From a virus (taxonomy: Duplodnaviria > Caudoviricetes): a stretch of 35,211 nucleotides of DNA. The translations under genes and the position numbers were made by a program. Shown one piece after another: positions 26,208 through 33,860 of the stretch. Each line of letters opens with the position of its first letter. Position 1 is the first letter of the stretch. The stretch is taken from positions 1 through 35,211 of the IMG/VR virus record IMGVR_UViG_3300024996_000147. One strand, given 5' to 3'. The notes beneath the pieces are model-generated. The model saw nothing but the letters and a program-made list of their open reading frames with translations, searched no databases and was not told where the DNA came from.

Positions 26208-26507
26208 TCAATCCTCCCGCGACGGACGCTTGACGCCCTCGATGGCGATCTCGCGGGCAAGGTGACGGGCGCCCTTCTCGGTCAGGGTCGCGACCTTGAC
26301 CGAGCCGGCATCAACCAGCGTCACGGCGCCGTGCTCGGCGAGCCAGTCGAGCTCGCCATGCACCCAGGCGCGATCGCGCCGGATACCAAAGGTCGCCAGC
26401 TCGGCGCGCAGCAGATCGGAGTGCAGCGTGTCATCGGTCTGCGCCGCGAGCGCCTTGAGGAGGATCAGGCGAGCGTCCTCGACGATCAGCCTCCGGAAAT
26501 CGGTCAT
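26208..26507 (-). CDS. Mu gp26-like winged-helix protein
   Basis: EDARLILLKAL...L.WL.E.G.V.....A.LT..G......GV.RP. Confidence 0.85.
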   Translation of the reverse strand: MTDFRRLIVEDARLILLKALAAQTDDTLHSDLLRAELATFGIRRDRAWVHGELDWLAEHGAVTLVDAGSVKVATLTEKGARHLAREIAIEGVKRPSRED

Positions 26508-26863
26508 TTGCCTTTAGCTCCCGCTTGCTCGAGCAAAAATTCCTGCAGCCGCTCGCTGATGCGCGCGACTGGCTTGAGACGTTCGATGACAACCTCGAGC
26601 TGCCCCTCGAGGCGCTGGACCGTCATCTCCATGCGGTGCGAGCTCTCCCTGCTCGGCAGGTGTTCCATCTCCTTGATCACCTGGATCAGCTTGGCTTCGG
26701 CGGCGGTGAGCCTGGTCGAGACGGCGGCGAGGTCTGTCTTTTCGGCCTTGCCTGCTAGTGCCTCCAGGTCGGCCTTCCGGCGCGACAGCATGTACGCGCC
26801 CCACAGCGTCGCGAACGGCGTGATCCCCGCCCACACGCGGAAAAAAAGATCGAGTTCGCTCAT
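26504..26863 (-). CDS. DUF2730 / Mu gp25-like membrane protein
   Basis: N-terminal TM segment, RL...E......HLP, coiled coil, FLLE. Confidence 0.8.
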   Translation of the reverse strand: MSELDLFFRVWAGITPFATLWGAYMLSRRKADLEALAGKAEKTDLAAVSTRLTAAEAKLIQVIKEMEHLPSRESSHRMEMTVQRLEGQLEVVIERLKPVARISERLQEFLLEQAGAKGK

Positions 26864-27126
26864 TGCCTCGGTGCTCCTACTGCCGCCGCCCGGCGGGCCT
26901 CGCATTCGCGGAGTGCCGTGCGATCGGCGCTCCAGTAAGTCGTGATCTCGCGCTCGTTGAGGTCGCGGTCGGGCACGGCGACGGGAGACGCGCACGGCTC
27001 GCGCGCGGCCGGGGCCACCGGCGCCTCGATCATGACGGTGCGCACGGTCGGCTCCGGGTCACGGTGGGAGCAGCCGGACACGAGCACGGCCAAGGCCGCA
27101 GCTATGATCCACCGGCAATGCCGCAT
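26860..27126 (-). CDS. o-spanin (Rz1-like lipoprotein)
   Basis: MRHCRWIIAAALAVLVSG-C lipobox, Pro-rich, PC..PV..P, W..DR.AL..CE; overlaps the i-spanin 3' end. Confidence 0.75.
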   Translation of the reverse strand: MRHCRWIIAAALAVLVSGCSHRDPEPTVRTVMIEAPVAPAAREPCASPVAVPDRDLNEREITTYWSADRTALRECEARRAAAVGAPRQ

Positions 27127-27442
27127 TTTTGGCCTCCAGTGCCTGATTGTCCCGCCGCAGCCGATCGATCTCGGCCATGGCCTGCGTGTTGAGCCCGGCG
27201 ACCTGTTCGGTACGTTCGGCGCGCCTACGCTCGGTCTCGGCGTTGGATTTGGCGATCTCGGCCTGCCAGTGCGCATCGCGCTCGGCGCGCGCCGTGGCGG
27301 CGGCCTGGTCGATGATCGCGCCGAGCTTGTACGCAGCACCCCAAGCGCCCAGCGCGATCACCGCCAGCACCAGGCCGGCGACCAGGAGCGGCCAAGCCAC
27401 TTTGGCGAGGCGTTGCCCCGCCCATGCCCACAAGTCCATCAT
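27059..27442 (-). CDS. i-spanin (Rz-like)
   Basis: N-terminal TM segment, coiled coil, C-terminal CGL...RVRLL. Confidence 0.75.
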   Translation of the reverse strand: MMDLWAWAGQRLAKVAWPLLVAGLVLAVIALGAWGAAYKLGAIIDQAAATARAERDAHWQAEIAKSNAETERRRAERTEQVAGLNTQAMAEIDRLRRDNQALEAKNAALPVDHSCGLGRARVRLLPP

Positions 27443-27702
27443 GGCTGATCCTCCGGCGGCGCTGGCGCGCTATCCGGCCAGCCGCCGTTGTTGCGGCACA
27501 TCGCGCGCAGGTCGGCATGGCCAAAGCCCTGGTAGACGCCGAGGATGGAGGCGATCAGCACCACCATCAGCGGCACGACGATCGTCGCCATGGCTGGCCC
27601 CATCGCGATGGCGGCGGCGATCGCCACCCAGGCCATCACCACGTTGGCGCTGGTCCAGCCCTTCGAAAATCGCCGGCGCGGCTTGGGAGGCAGGCGCTGC
27701 AT
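27439..27702 (-). CDS. Putative holin
   Basis: 87 aa, basic N-terminus, two TM segments; TAATG coupling to the endolysin stop. Confidence 0.6.
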   Translation of the reverse strand: MQRLPPKPRRRFSKGWTSANVVMAWVAIAAAIAMGPAMATIVVPLMVVLIASILGVYQGFGHADLRAMCRNNGGWPDSAPAPPEDQP

Positions 27703-28256
27703 TACGCGTCGCTGGTCGGCTTTGGCTTCCGGCCCGGTATCGGCAGGCGGTAGGGCTGATCCCATGGCGCGGCCGGCTTGGGCTGACCCTTGGGCCAGCG
27801 CCAACCCACAAATTCGGACTTTCTGAACGCCGAGATCGAGCAGGCATCGCCCTGGTTGCCGCCGGCGAGATAGACAAACAGACCGTCCTCGCCGACATAA
27901 AAGCCGACATGGCCGCTGGCCGCGCCGCGATTGCTGGACTTGACGGCGATGCAGCCGAGCATCGGGCGATCGAGGCTCACGAAATCGGCATGGCGCATAT
28001 AGGAACGCGCCATCGCCGATCGCGAGCCCAGGACGCCGGTGCTCTCCAGCATCGCGTTCGTGAAGATCGCACACCACGGCACGGCACCGTCATCGCCGCC
28101 GAATGGTGTCTTGCCCATTTTGCGATATTCGAGGATGCGCGGATTGGACCTGGCGCCTGAAACCTCCTTGACGCCGGCCTCGACCTCCTTGAGGGCGGCG
28201 ACGAGCCAGACCGGGCTGGCGGCGGCGGCGAGATAGGCAAAGCGGGCGGGGATCAT
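27702..28256 (-). CDS. TIGR02594-like / NlpC-P60-fold putative endolysin
   Basis: W...A..E..GVKE..G..SNPRILEY, VPWCAIF (Cys), ARSY, GHVGF (His), LAGGNQGD. Confidence 0.88.
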   Translation of the reverse strand: MIPARFAYLAAAASPVWLVAALKEVEAGVKEVSGARSNPRILEYRKMGKTPFGGDDGAVPWCAIFTNAMLESTGVLGSRSAMARSYMRHADFVSLDRPMLGCIAVKSSNRGAASGHVGFYVGEDGLFVYLAGGNQGDACSISAFRKSEFVGWRWPKGQPKPAAPWDQPYRLPIPGRKPKPTSDA

Positions 28257-28349
28257 GGCAGGCTCCGGGATCACGAGCCGGCTTGACGTGAGTGGCCGGC
28301 CTCGTTGATGATTGGCGATCCCGAAATTGCCTGTACCGGCTAGCTCATG

Positions 28350-28373
28350 AGAGGGTGACGCGCGTCACCCTCT
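28350..28373 (-). promoter_or_regulatory. Putative late promoter element 3 (lysis/packaging operon)
   Basis: 24-bp perfect palindrome AGAGGGTGACGCGCGTCACCCTCT; -10-like CAATTT at 28329-28324. Confidence 0.75.
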
Positions 28374-28379
28374 TGCTGA

Positions 28380-28790
28380 TCAAAACAGCGATCCCTGCCC
28401 TTTGTGGTGGCGGTGCGTCTTCTGCCGAAAAACCGAGCGCCTGGTGATGCCGGCGCGCTGCGCGGCCTGGTTGGTGGTGGCGCCGTCCGCCAGCGCCTGC
28501 GTCACGAGACGATGGCGGCGCCGGCGCTCGGCCAGATAGCTGCCGGTCGGGCCGAGCGGAATATCAAGCCCGAGCCGGCCGCCCGAGCCCGCCACGAAAT
28601 GCGCCGAGATCTGCTCAGCCTTGTCGCGGCCGATCGCCTTGACCAGCCAATGACCGTTGCTCAGGCGTCCCGGAATGGTCACACGCTGCCCGCCCTTGGC
28701 CTCGGCGATCGCCAAGGCGGCGTCGATGCCGACGACCTCGGCGATCTCGGCAAGCAAGGGAGGCAGGTCTGGCCAGCCGGCGGAGCTCAT
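28380..28790 (-). CDS. Mor/C-like late transcription activator
   Basis: LP.LLAEIAEVVG..AALAIAEA.GGQRV.IP, C-terminal HTH, Q.SLF end; last gene before lysis. Confidence 0.8.
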   Translation of the reverse strand: MSSAGWPDLPPLLAEIAEVVGIDAALAIAEAKGGQRVTIPGRLSNGHWLVKAIGRDKAEQISAHFVAGSGGRLGLDIPLGPTGSYLAERRRRHRLVTQALADGATTNQAAQRAGITRRSVFRQKTHRHHKGQGSLF

Positions 28791-28791
28791 T

Positions 28792-29031
28792 TTACCTGCC
28801 CCGGCGGCGATCGAGCGCCGGATCGTCGTACAGCACCGTGGTGACGGTGCCGGCCTTGACGATGTAGGAGACGCCATCCGCCATGACGGAATAGTTTGCC
28901 TGGCCAAGCTGCTCGGCGGATTTTGCGGCCTTTTGAAGCGACATTGAAATGTGCTTGCGGATGGCCTCGACATCGAGGCCGCCGGCGCGCTCCAAAAACC
29001 GGACTAGGGCGTGATCGGAGACATGCAGCAT
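28792..29031 (-). CDS. Small hypothetical protein (VSDHALVRFLER motif)
   Basis: 79 aa, TGATG-coupled to gemA. Confidence 0.75.
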   Translation of the reverse strand: MLHVSDHALVRFLERAGGLDVEAIRKHISMSLQKAAKSAEQLGQANYSVMADGVSYIVKAGTVTTVLYDDPALDRRRGR

Positions 29032-29432
29032 CACGCGGCCCTCTTGGTGCGCTCGATCCAGCTCTTGAGCGCCTCGGTGACCTTGTAGGCCTCCTGCGCC
29101 GTCAAAAACTCCGGGTCGGCGACGCCGGCCTGGCGCTCGACAAAGGCGCGCAGCGCGGGCCGCGTGGCGTCGACGGCGCCGAGGCGGCCGAGCTCGGTCC
29201 ACAGCGCAAACACCAGGCGGACGTGCTTTTTGTCAGAGCGCTTGAACGTGTTGGCCGGCGCCCAGCCGAAGCGGCGGAACTCGTCGAGCACCGCCTGGAG
29301 TTGGGCGTCGCGCAGGACGCTGGCGCTATTCTGGCCGGTGATGCGCACCAGCAAGGCGCGGTATTGCTCCTCGGGGATCGCCAGCTCCTTGCGGGCGATG
29401 TGGATCTTGGCGAGCAGGGGATTGCGGCTCAA
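29031..29432 (-). CDS. gemA: GemA / gp16 (DUF1018) family protein
   Basis: LAKIHIARKEL....E.YRALL.RITG..S...L...QL..VL..F...GW, EALKSW..R. Confidence 0.9.
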   Translation of the reverse strand: MSRNPLLAKIHIARKELAIPEEQYRALLVRITGQNSASVLRDAQLQAVLDEFRRFGWAPANTFKRSDKKHVRLVFALWTELGRLGAVDATRPALRAFVERQAGVADPEFLTAQEAYKVTEALKSWIERTKRAA

Positions 29433-29650
29433 TTGCTTGCCTCCTCGGCGACGCGGCGCTCGGCCGCTAGAAGATCGTTGGTGAGGGCGCGGAGCCGGGC
29501 CTCGAGCTCGACGCGCCGATGACTGTTGGGCGGCAACACCTTCACGCGCTGCGAGAGCGCCTCGCGCCGCGCGTGCAACCGCTCCAGCTCCTGCAGGCCG
29601 GTCCAGACCAGCAGCGGAGCGAAGGAGGGGTGGCGGGCGGCGCGGGCCAT
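29429..29650 (-). CDS. Hypothetical protein
   Basis: About 73 aa; R..L..R...L.P.SHRR..LE.RL..LT...L motif; in operon. Confidence 0.7.
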   Translation of the reverse strand: MARAARHPSFAPLLVWTGLQELERLHARREALSQRVKVLPPNSHRRVELEARLRALTNDLLAAERRVAEEASN

Positions 29651-29663
29651 CACAGGGCGGGCC

Positions 29664-29924
29664 TCAGATCACCATGCCGAGCGCGGAGAGGTAGAGATCG
29701 AGGATCTCGCCATGCTCCTTGCGCTCGTCGATATCCTGCTTTCGCAGCGCAACCAGGTGGCGCAGCACCTTGGTGTCGAATCCGTTGGCCTTCGCCTCAG
29801 CGTAGACGTCGCGGACGTCCTCAGCGAGGGACTTCTTTTCCTCTTCCAGGCGCTCGATCCGCTCGATGATGGCCTTGAGTTGGCCGACGGTGGCGTCATT
29901 CATTTCGGCAGCAATGTCATCCAT
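29664..29924 (-). CDS. GapR / DUF2312 nucleoid-associated protein homologue
   Basis: [60 protein letters not shown]. Confidence 0.93.
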   Translation of the reverse strand: MDDIAAEMNDATVGQLKAIIERIERLEEEKKSLAEDVRDVYAEAKANGFDTKVLRHLVALRKQDIDERKEHGEILDLYLSALGMVI

Positions 29925-30173
29925 GGTCTTTCCCTCTGCTCGCAAGAAATGCCCGGCGAGCCTCGGGCGCCTGCGCCATGAAGGCGCGGATTTCGTCCTC
30001 GTGATCCTGAAACCAGTTGATGGTGCGCAGCACCGCCTGCAGGCGCCGCAGGTCGTATTCCTCGGCCGGCTTGCCGCGCCCGCTCTTGACGGTGCCGCCG
30101 GCGGCGATCTGGTGCAGGCGGTGTGCAGCGCCTCGGCTTGCTGGTTGAGCGAGATGCGGGGGCGATCGGTCAT
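29917..30173 (-). pseudogene. Small hypothetical gene with apparent frameshift
   Basis: ATG 30173 frame reads [16 protein letters not shown]. The protein-like continuation QIAAGGTVK...[24 protein letters not shown] is in the -1 frame; the switch is near 30110-30125. Confidence 0.6.
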
Positions 30174-30853
30174 TTCGTGCCGCCGATCTGCAGCGTCGGC
30201 CGATCGCCGGTGACACCATGGCCGAGCGTGGCGTTCGCCCCGGCCTTCCAGCCGAGATGGGCCGCCTCGAAATAGCGCTCCTGGCGCGCGGGTGCCTTGT
30301 AATCGACCGTCTCCGGCCAGCGCAGGTCGAGCGCCTTTTTCGCCTCGGCCTTGGCTTCCGGATCGAGCGAGGGCTTGAACATCTCCAGCAGGCGCCAGCG
30401 CAGGCGACGCACCACGCCCGCGACGAAGTCGGCCGCTGCCGCACGCTTGGCCTTCAAGGTGCGGCGACGCTTGTAATAGGTCGACGTTTTGAAGGCGCGC
30501 AGCTCGCGGTCGACGGCGCGGAACAGCACATCGCGCAGGTAGACCGCGATCTCCGGACCGGGCTCGCGGCCGATGAAGGTGACGATCGCCCCGTCGCCAT
30601 CGCGGCTAACGACCGATGCGGTGTTGGTGCAATGCGCGATCATGCTGGCGAGGTCGGTGCGCCAGGTGGCGGTGACCGTTTTCTCGCGGGCCGCTGCCTC
30701 GACCATCTCGATCTCGGCCTCGGACAGGCCGTGCTTGACCATCAGATCGGCAGCGAGCGCGGCCGCCGCCAGGGCTTCGGCTTCGGTGCAGCCGGCCGAT
30801 GTCGTCTTGGCGCGCAGCGCGGCGATCTTCGCCTTGATGGAGGCGCGGCTCAT
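30170..30853 (-). CDS. DUF2786-domain protein
   Basis: KIAALRAKT...[20 protein letters not shown]. Confidence 0.8.
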   Translation of the reverse strand: MSRASIKAKIAALRAKTTSAGCTEAEALAAAALAADLMVKHGLSEAEIEMVEAAAREKTVTATWRTDLASMIAHCTNTASVVSRDGDGAIVTFIGREPGPEIAVYLRDVLFRAVDRELRAFKTSTYYKRRRTLKAKRAAAADFVAGVVRRLRWRLLEMFKPSLDPEAKAEAKKALDLRWPETVDYKAPARQERYFEAAHLGWKAGANATLGHGVTGDRPTLQIGGTK

Positions 30854-31233
30854 GCTGCCACCTCGATCATGGCATCGAGCCGGCTGCGGCTATCAGGCGG
30901 CAACTCGTATCCCAGCCCCCACAACGTGCGGATCATGATGCCGTGCGGAGCAAGCTTCTTCCGGATCTTGCAGACAAATACGTCGATGATTTTGATCTCG
31001 GGCTGATCGTCTGGAGGCAGAGCCCCATAGATGATGGTCAGCAACTGTTCCTTGGTGCACGACTTCCGGCGCCGGAGACCGCCGACCAGGACAGCCTCCT
31101 TCGGCGTCAGCCCGAGGAACGCTGGTAGGATTTCAGGCCCTGTCGTGCCGGTCATGCCTTCGAGCACATCAATACGGTCGCGCAGGCGCGCGTTCTCGGC
31201 TTCGAGAGCCTCAATCCTCGCGAGATGATCCAC
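30850..31233 (-). CDS. CtrA-like OmpR/PhoB winged-helix DNA-binding protein lacking a receiver domain
   Basis: LTPKE....L.RR....TKEQLL..IYG....DQPEIKIIDVFVCKIRKKL.....I.TLWG.GY. GTG start with a GAGGA SD; short N-terminal coiled coil. Confidence 0.88.
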   Translation of the reverse strand: MDHLARIEALEAENARLRDRIDVLEGMTGTTGPEILPAFLGLTPKEAVLVGGLRRRKSCTKEQLLTIIYGALPPDDQPEIKIIDVFVCKIRKKLAPHGIMIRTLWGLGYELPPDSRSRLDAMIEVAA

Positions 31234-32068
31234 GGCGTTTCCTCGTGTTCTGAAAAATGACGATCGCCGCTGCCCGCCAGCGGTGCATCTTCTTCGCCAG
31301 GGAGAGTTCAACGGCCTTGTGGCCAAGCGTCGGCCCGAGCTTCATCAGCGTGGAGACAACGTCCTCCGGCTGGAGATCGCCGGCGTATTGCTCGTCGTTC
31401 AGGACGTGATCGACCGCCCGTACGAGATCCGCGCTGATCGGCGCGCAACCCGCCTTGACGAGCGTTTCAATGACGATCCGGGCTTTCTGTGCCGAACGGC
31501 GGCGCACAAGCGCGACGAGGGCGGACACCGCAACAAGCTCTCCGGCGCGATAGGCGCGGCCGGGGCTGGCGTTGCGCAGGATTGTTGCCCCGGCGCGCTC
31601 GCAGACCTGTTGAGCTGTCAGAGCATCTTCATCACCAGCTTCGACGGCCGCGAAAAACATCTGCGTGCCCGTGATGGCGACGCGATCGCGATTGTGGCCG
31701 ATAAAGGCTTTCGCCCGATCCACCTGCTCGACCGCGTCGACGATCATCACGTCGATCTCGCCGATGCCGCCGTGGGTCGCGGCAGCGATGGCGGTGTGTT
31801 GGCCGTCGATGATGTGCCAGTCGTCGCCGACCTTGACGAGCACAGGTGGCTTGAATTTCCGCCAGTCCCACTCCCGGACCATCTTGTGGATCAGCGAAAT
31901 CGACTTGCGCGACAGCTCGCGCTGGTAGCTGGCATCGACGCACAGGCTCTCTGGCCGCATGCGGGTGATGGTCGGGCGTGCGCCGACCGGCCCAGGCATC
32001 AGATCGTCCGTCAGGGGGAGCGGCCTGACGGGTCTGATCGATTTCCCGGCGGGTGCGTCGATGTCCAT
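31211..32068 (-). CDS. ParB/Srx-fold N-terminal domain protein (DUF6551-like)
   Basis: L.VD.SYQR.L, WDW.KF.PP, IIDGQHT..AA, AF..HN..R. Confidence 0.8.
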   Translation of the reverse strand: MDIDAPAGKSIRPVRPLPLTDDLMPGPVGARPTITRMRPESLCVDASYQRELSRKSISLIHKMVREWDWRKFKPPVLVKVGDDWHIIDGQHTAIAAATHGGIGEIDVMIVDAVEQVDRAKAFIGHNRDRVAITGTQMFFAAVEAGDEDALTAQQVCERAGATILRNASPGRAYRAGELVAVSALVALVRRRSAQKARIVIETLVKAGCAPISADLVRAVDHVLNDEQYAGDLQPEDVVSTLMKLGPTLGHKAVELSLAKKMHRWRAAAIVIFQNTRKRRGSSRED

Positions 32069-32268
32069 TATTCCTCTCCTTCCCGCCGGCAGTCGGCGGC
32101 CTCGACCAGGACGGTCAATTCGTCGGACAGGCGCACGCGCAGGCGGTCGTGCTGCATGAGCGCGGTGATGACGCCGCGCATGGCGACGCCGGAGGGCCGG
32201 CCTGTCAGGCCGTGCACGGTGCTGACCAGCACCAGTTCGCCCTCGCGAAAATCGTGGGTCGGCAACAT
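32068..32268 (-). CDS. Hypothetical protein
   Basis: 66 aa, stop/start-coupled on both sides. Confidence 0.65.
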   Translation of the reverse strand: MLPTHDFREGELVLVSTVHGLTGRPSGVAMRGVITALMQHDRLRVRLSDELTVLVEAADCRREGEE

Positions 32269-32468
32269 CAGATCAGGCCCTTTTCGATCGCGAGGCGCTC
32301 GTAGGTGGTGATGATCTGCGCGCGACCGACCCGGATCGGCTCCTCAAACTGGCAGGAGCTTTTCGGGAGCCAGGCGCCCCGACCACGGGTGTCTTCGATC
32401 GTCACGAGCACGGCATCATCGGTCTCGAGACAGATCATCACCAAAAGCTCGACAGCGTGCGGCCGCAT
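32268..32468 (-). CDS. Hypothetical phage protein
   Basis: ETD.AVLV......AWLPKS...E......LAIEKGLI motif. Confidence 0.75.
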   Translation of the reverse strand: MRPHAVELLVMICLETDDAVLVTIEDTRGRGAWLPKSSCQFEEPIRVGRAQIITTYERLAIEKGLI

Positions 32469-32683
32469 CACGAGACCGTCCCGCCCTGGGCCGTATGGAT
32501 TGCGGCCTCGCCGAGGCTAATCAGCTCGCGCTCGAATGCCGACTGATCGCCATCCACATGCACGGCGACGACGAGGATCAGGGCATGGAGCCGCGTGCCG
32601 TCTTCGGCCGTCCCGGCCCATTTCCGGGCCATGAACGGGCCGGCCTCGATCAACTCGGACGTGGGCTCGATGGTGATTTTCAC
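32468..32683 (-). CDS. Hypothetical phage protein
   Basis: MKITIEPT...ARKWAG..EDG...HA.I..VAV......FEREL. Confidence 0.7.
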   Translation of the reverse strand: MKITIEPTSELIEAGPFMARKWAGTAEDGTRLHALILVVAVHVDGDQSAFERELISLGEAAIHTAQGGTVS

Positions 32684-33405
32684 AGCGCGACCCTCCCCAT
32701 CGCCGCCATAACCTTGCGGCCATAGGCGGTGCAGCGCGGGCGGGCGGCCTCGCGGCGCTCATAGAGCGAGAGCGAGGCGCAGCTGACGCCGTGCCGGCTG
32801 ATGATGCGGGCGAGGTAGCGCACGCCGGCCGTGGCCGAGTGCTGGCAGTCGTAGAGGTTGCCGGTGACGCCGACGCCGCGCGCCGTGGCGGGCAGCACCT
32901 GCATCAGGCCGCGCGCATTGGCATGGCTGCGAACGTGGCAGCGATAGCCGCTCTCGACCTTGGCCACCGCCATGGCGACGCGAGGCGGCACGCCATGCCG
33001 GGACGCGGTGCGCGCGACCAGGGCGCGCAGATGCCGCACGTCGGGCGGCAGCGGGATATCGGCGCGCCAGCGCGGCGCGGCCGGCTTGGCTTCGGCCTGC
33101 CGCCAGAAGGCCAGCGCGCCGTTATCCTCGGCGCGGGCCGGCGGCGCGGCGAGCACGCCGATGGCCAGCAGGACGGCGGCAACGAGCGTGCCGGGCTTGT
33201 GCTCGAGCAGGAGCTGACGGCGCTTCGGCGCGACCGGCTTAGGCCGCTCCTGCTGCTTTACCTCGGCAAGCTGGGACAGCAGATAGCCGAGCTCATGCGG
33301 ATCGCTGATGGTCAGCTTGATGGTGAGCGTGGCCTTGTCGCCTCGGCTCGACGCCGAATAGCCGTCGAGGCGAGCAGCAGGGTGGGTCCAGTAGAGAGCG
33401 CTCAT
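32680..33405 (-). CDS. SLT-family lytic transglycosylase with N-terminal fused domain and internal hydrophobic segment
   Basis: AVAKVES (catalytic Glu), ARGLMQVLPATA, AGVRYL. Confidence 0.85.
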   Translation of the reverse strand: MSALYWTHPAARLDGYSASSRGDKATLTIKLTISDPHELGYLLSQLAEVKQQERPKPVAPKRRQLLLEHKPGTLVAAVLLAIGVLAAPPARAEDNGALAFWRQAEAKPAAPRWRADIPLPPDVRHLRALVARTASRHGVPPRVAMAVAKVESGYRCHVRSHANARGLMQVLPATARGVGVTGNLYDCQHSATAGVRYLARIISRHGVSCASLSLYERREAARPRCTAYGRKVMAAMGRVAL

Positions 33406-33409
33406 CGGC

Positions 33410-33649
33410 TCAGCCCTCCACCTTGGCAGCGTCGATCGCCGCGAGGATTTTGCGGCCACGCCCGGTGATCATCTCGCCGGGCTTCGCCATAACGTCGATC
33501 AGGAGGTGCCGATGCAGTGAGCTCAGCGTTCCGGTTCGGACATCGTCCAAGATGTCGCGCCCTTCGGCTGCACCGCGCAGCGCAACCACCTGCGCATCGG
33601 AGAGGCGCGGCTCGCCATACAGGCAACGGCGGGTATCGAGGCGGGGCAT
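33410..33649 (-). CDS. Hypothetical small winged-helix-like protein
   Basis: LSDAQVVAL...TL.SL....LI......ITGRGR..L; GGAGGA SD. Confidence 0.65.
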   Translation of the reverse strand: MPRLDTRRCLYGEPRLSDAQVVALRGAAEGRDILDDVRTGTLSSLHRHLLIDVMAKPGEMITGRGRKILAAIDAAKVEG

Positions 33650-33651
33650 CG

Positions 33652-33849
33652 TCAGTCCTCCTTGTCCATGTCGGCCATGGCGATCGCGGCGCCCTTGGCG
33701 ATGGTGTCGAGCGACTGGCGGATGCCGGAGAGCTGCCCGGCAATGTGCAGGCCGAGGCCGAGCAGAGCCTGGGCAACGGGCCGCTCGCGCTCGGGCAGCT
33801 GGCGGTCGATGGCAGCGGAGAGCTGCGCCTGGATTTCGGTCAGGTCCAT
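33652..33849 (-). CDS. Hypothetical protein
   Basis: 65 aa, GAGGAG SD, in operon. Confidence 0.65.
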   Translation of the reverse strand: MDLTEIQAQLSAAIDRQLPERERPVAQALLGLGLHIAGQLSGIRQSLDTIAKGAAIAMADMDKED

Positions 33850-33860
33850 GTCCGCGCTCC

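Noticed and set aside
8950-28370. Palindromic repeats as a CRISPR array or REP elements
   Set aside because: Only three copies, kilobases apart, each at an operon start; no spacers or cas genes.
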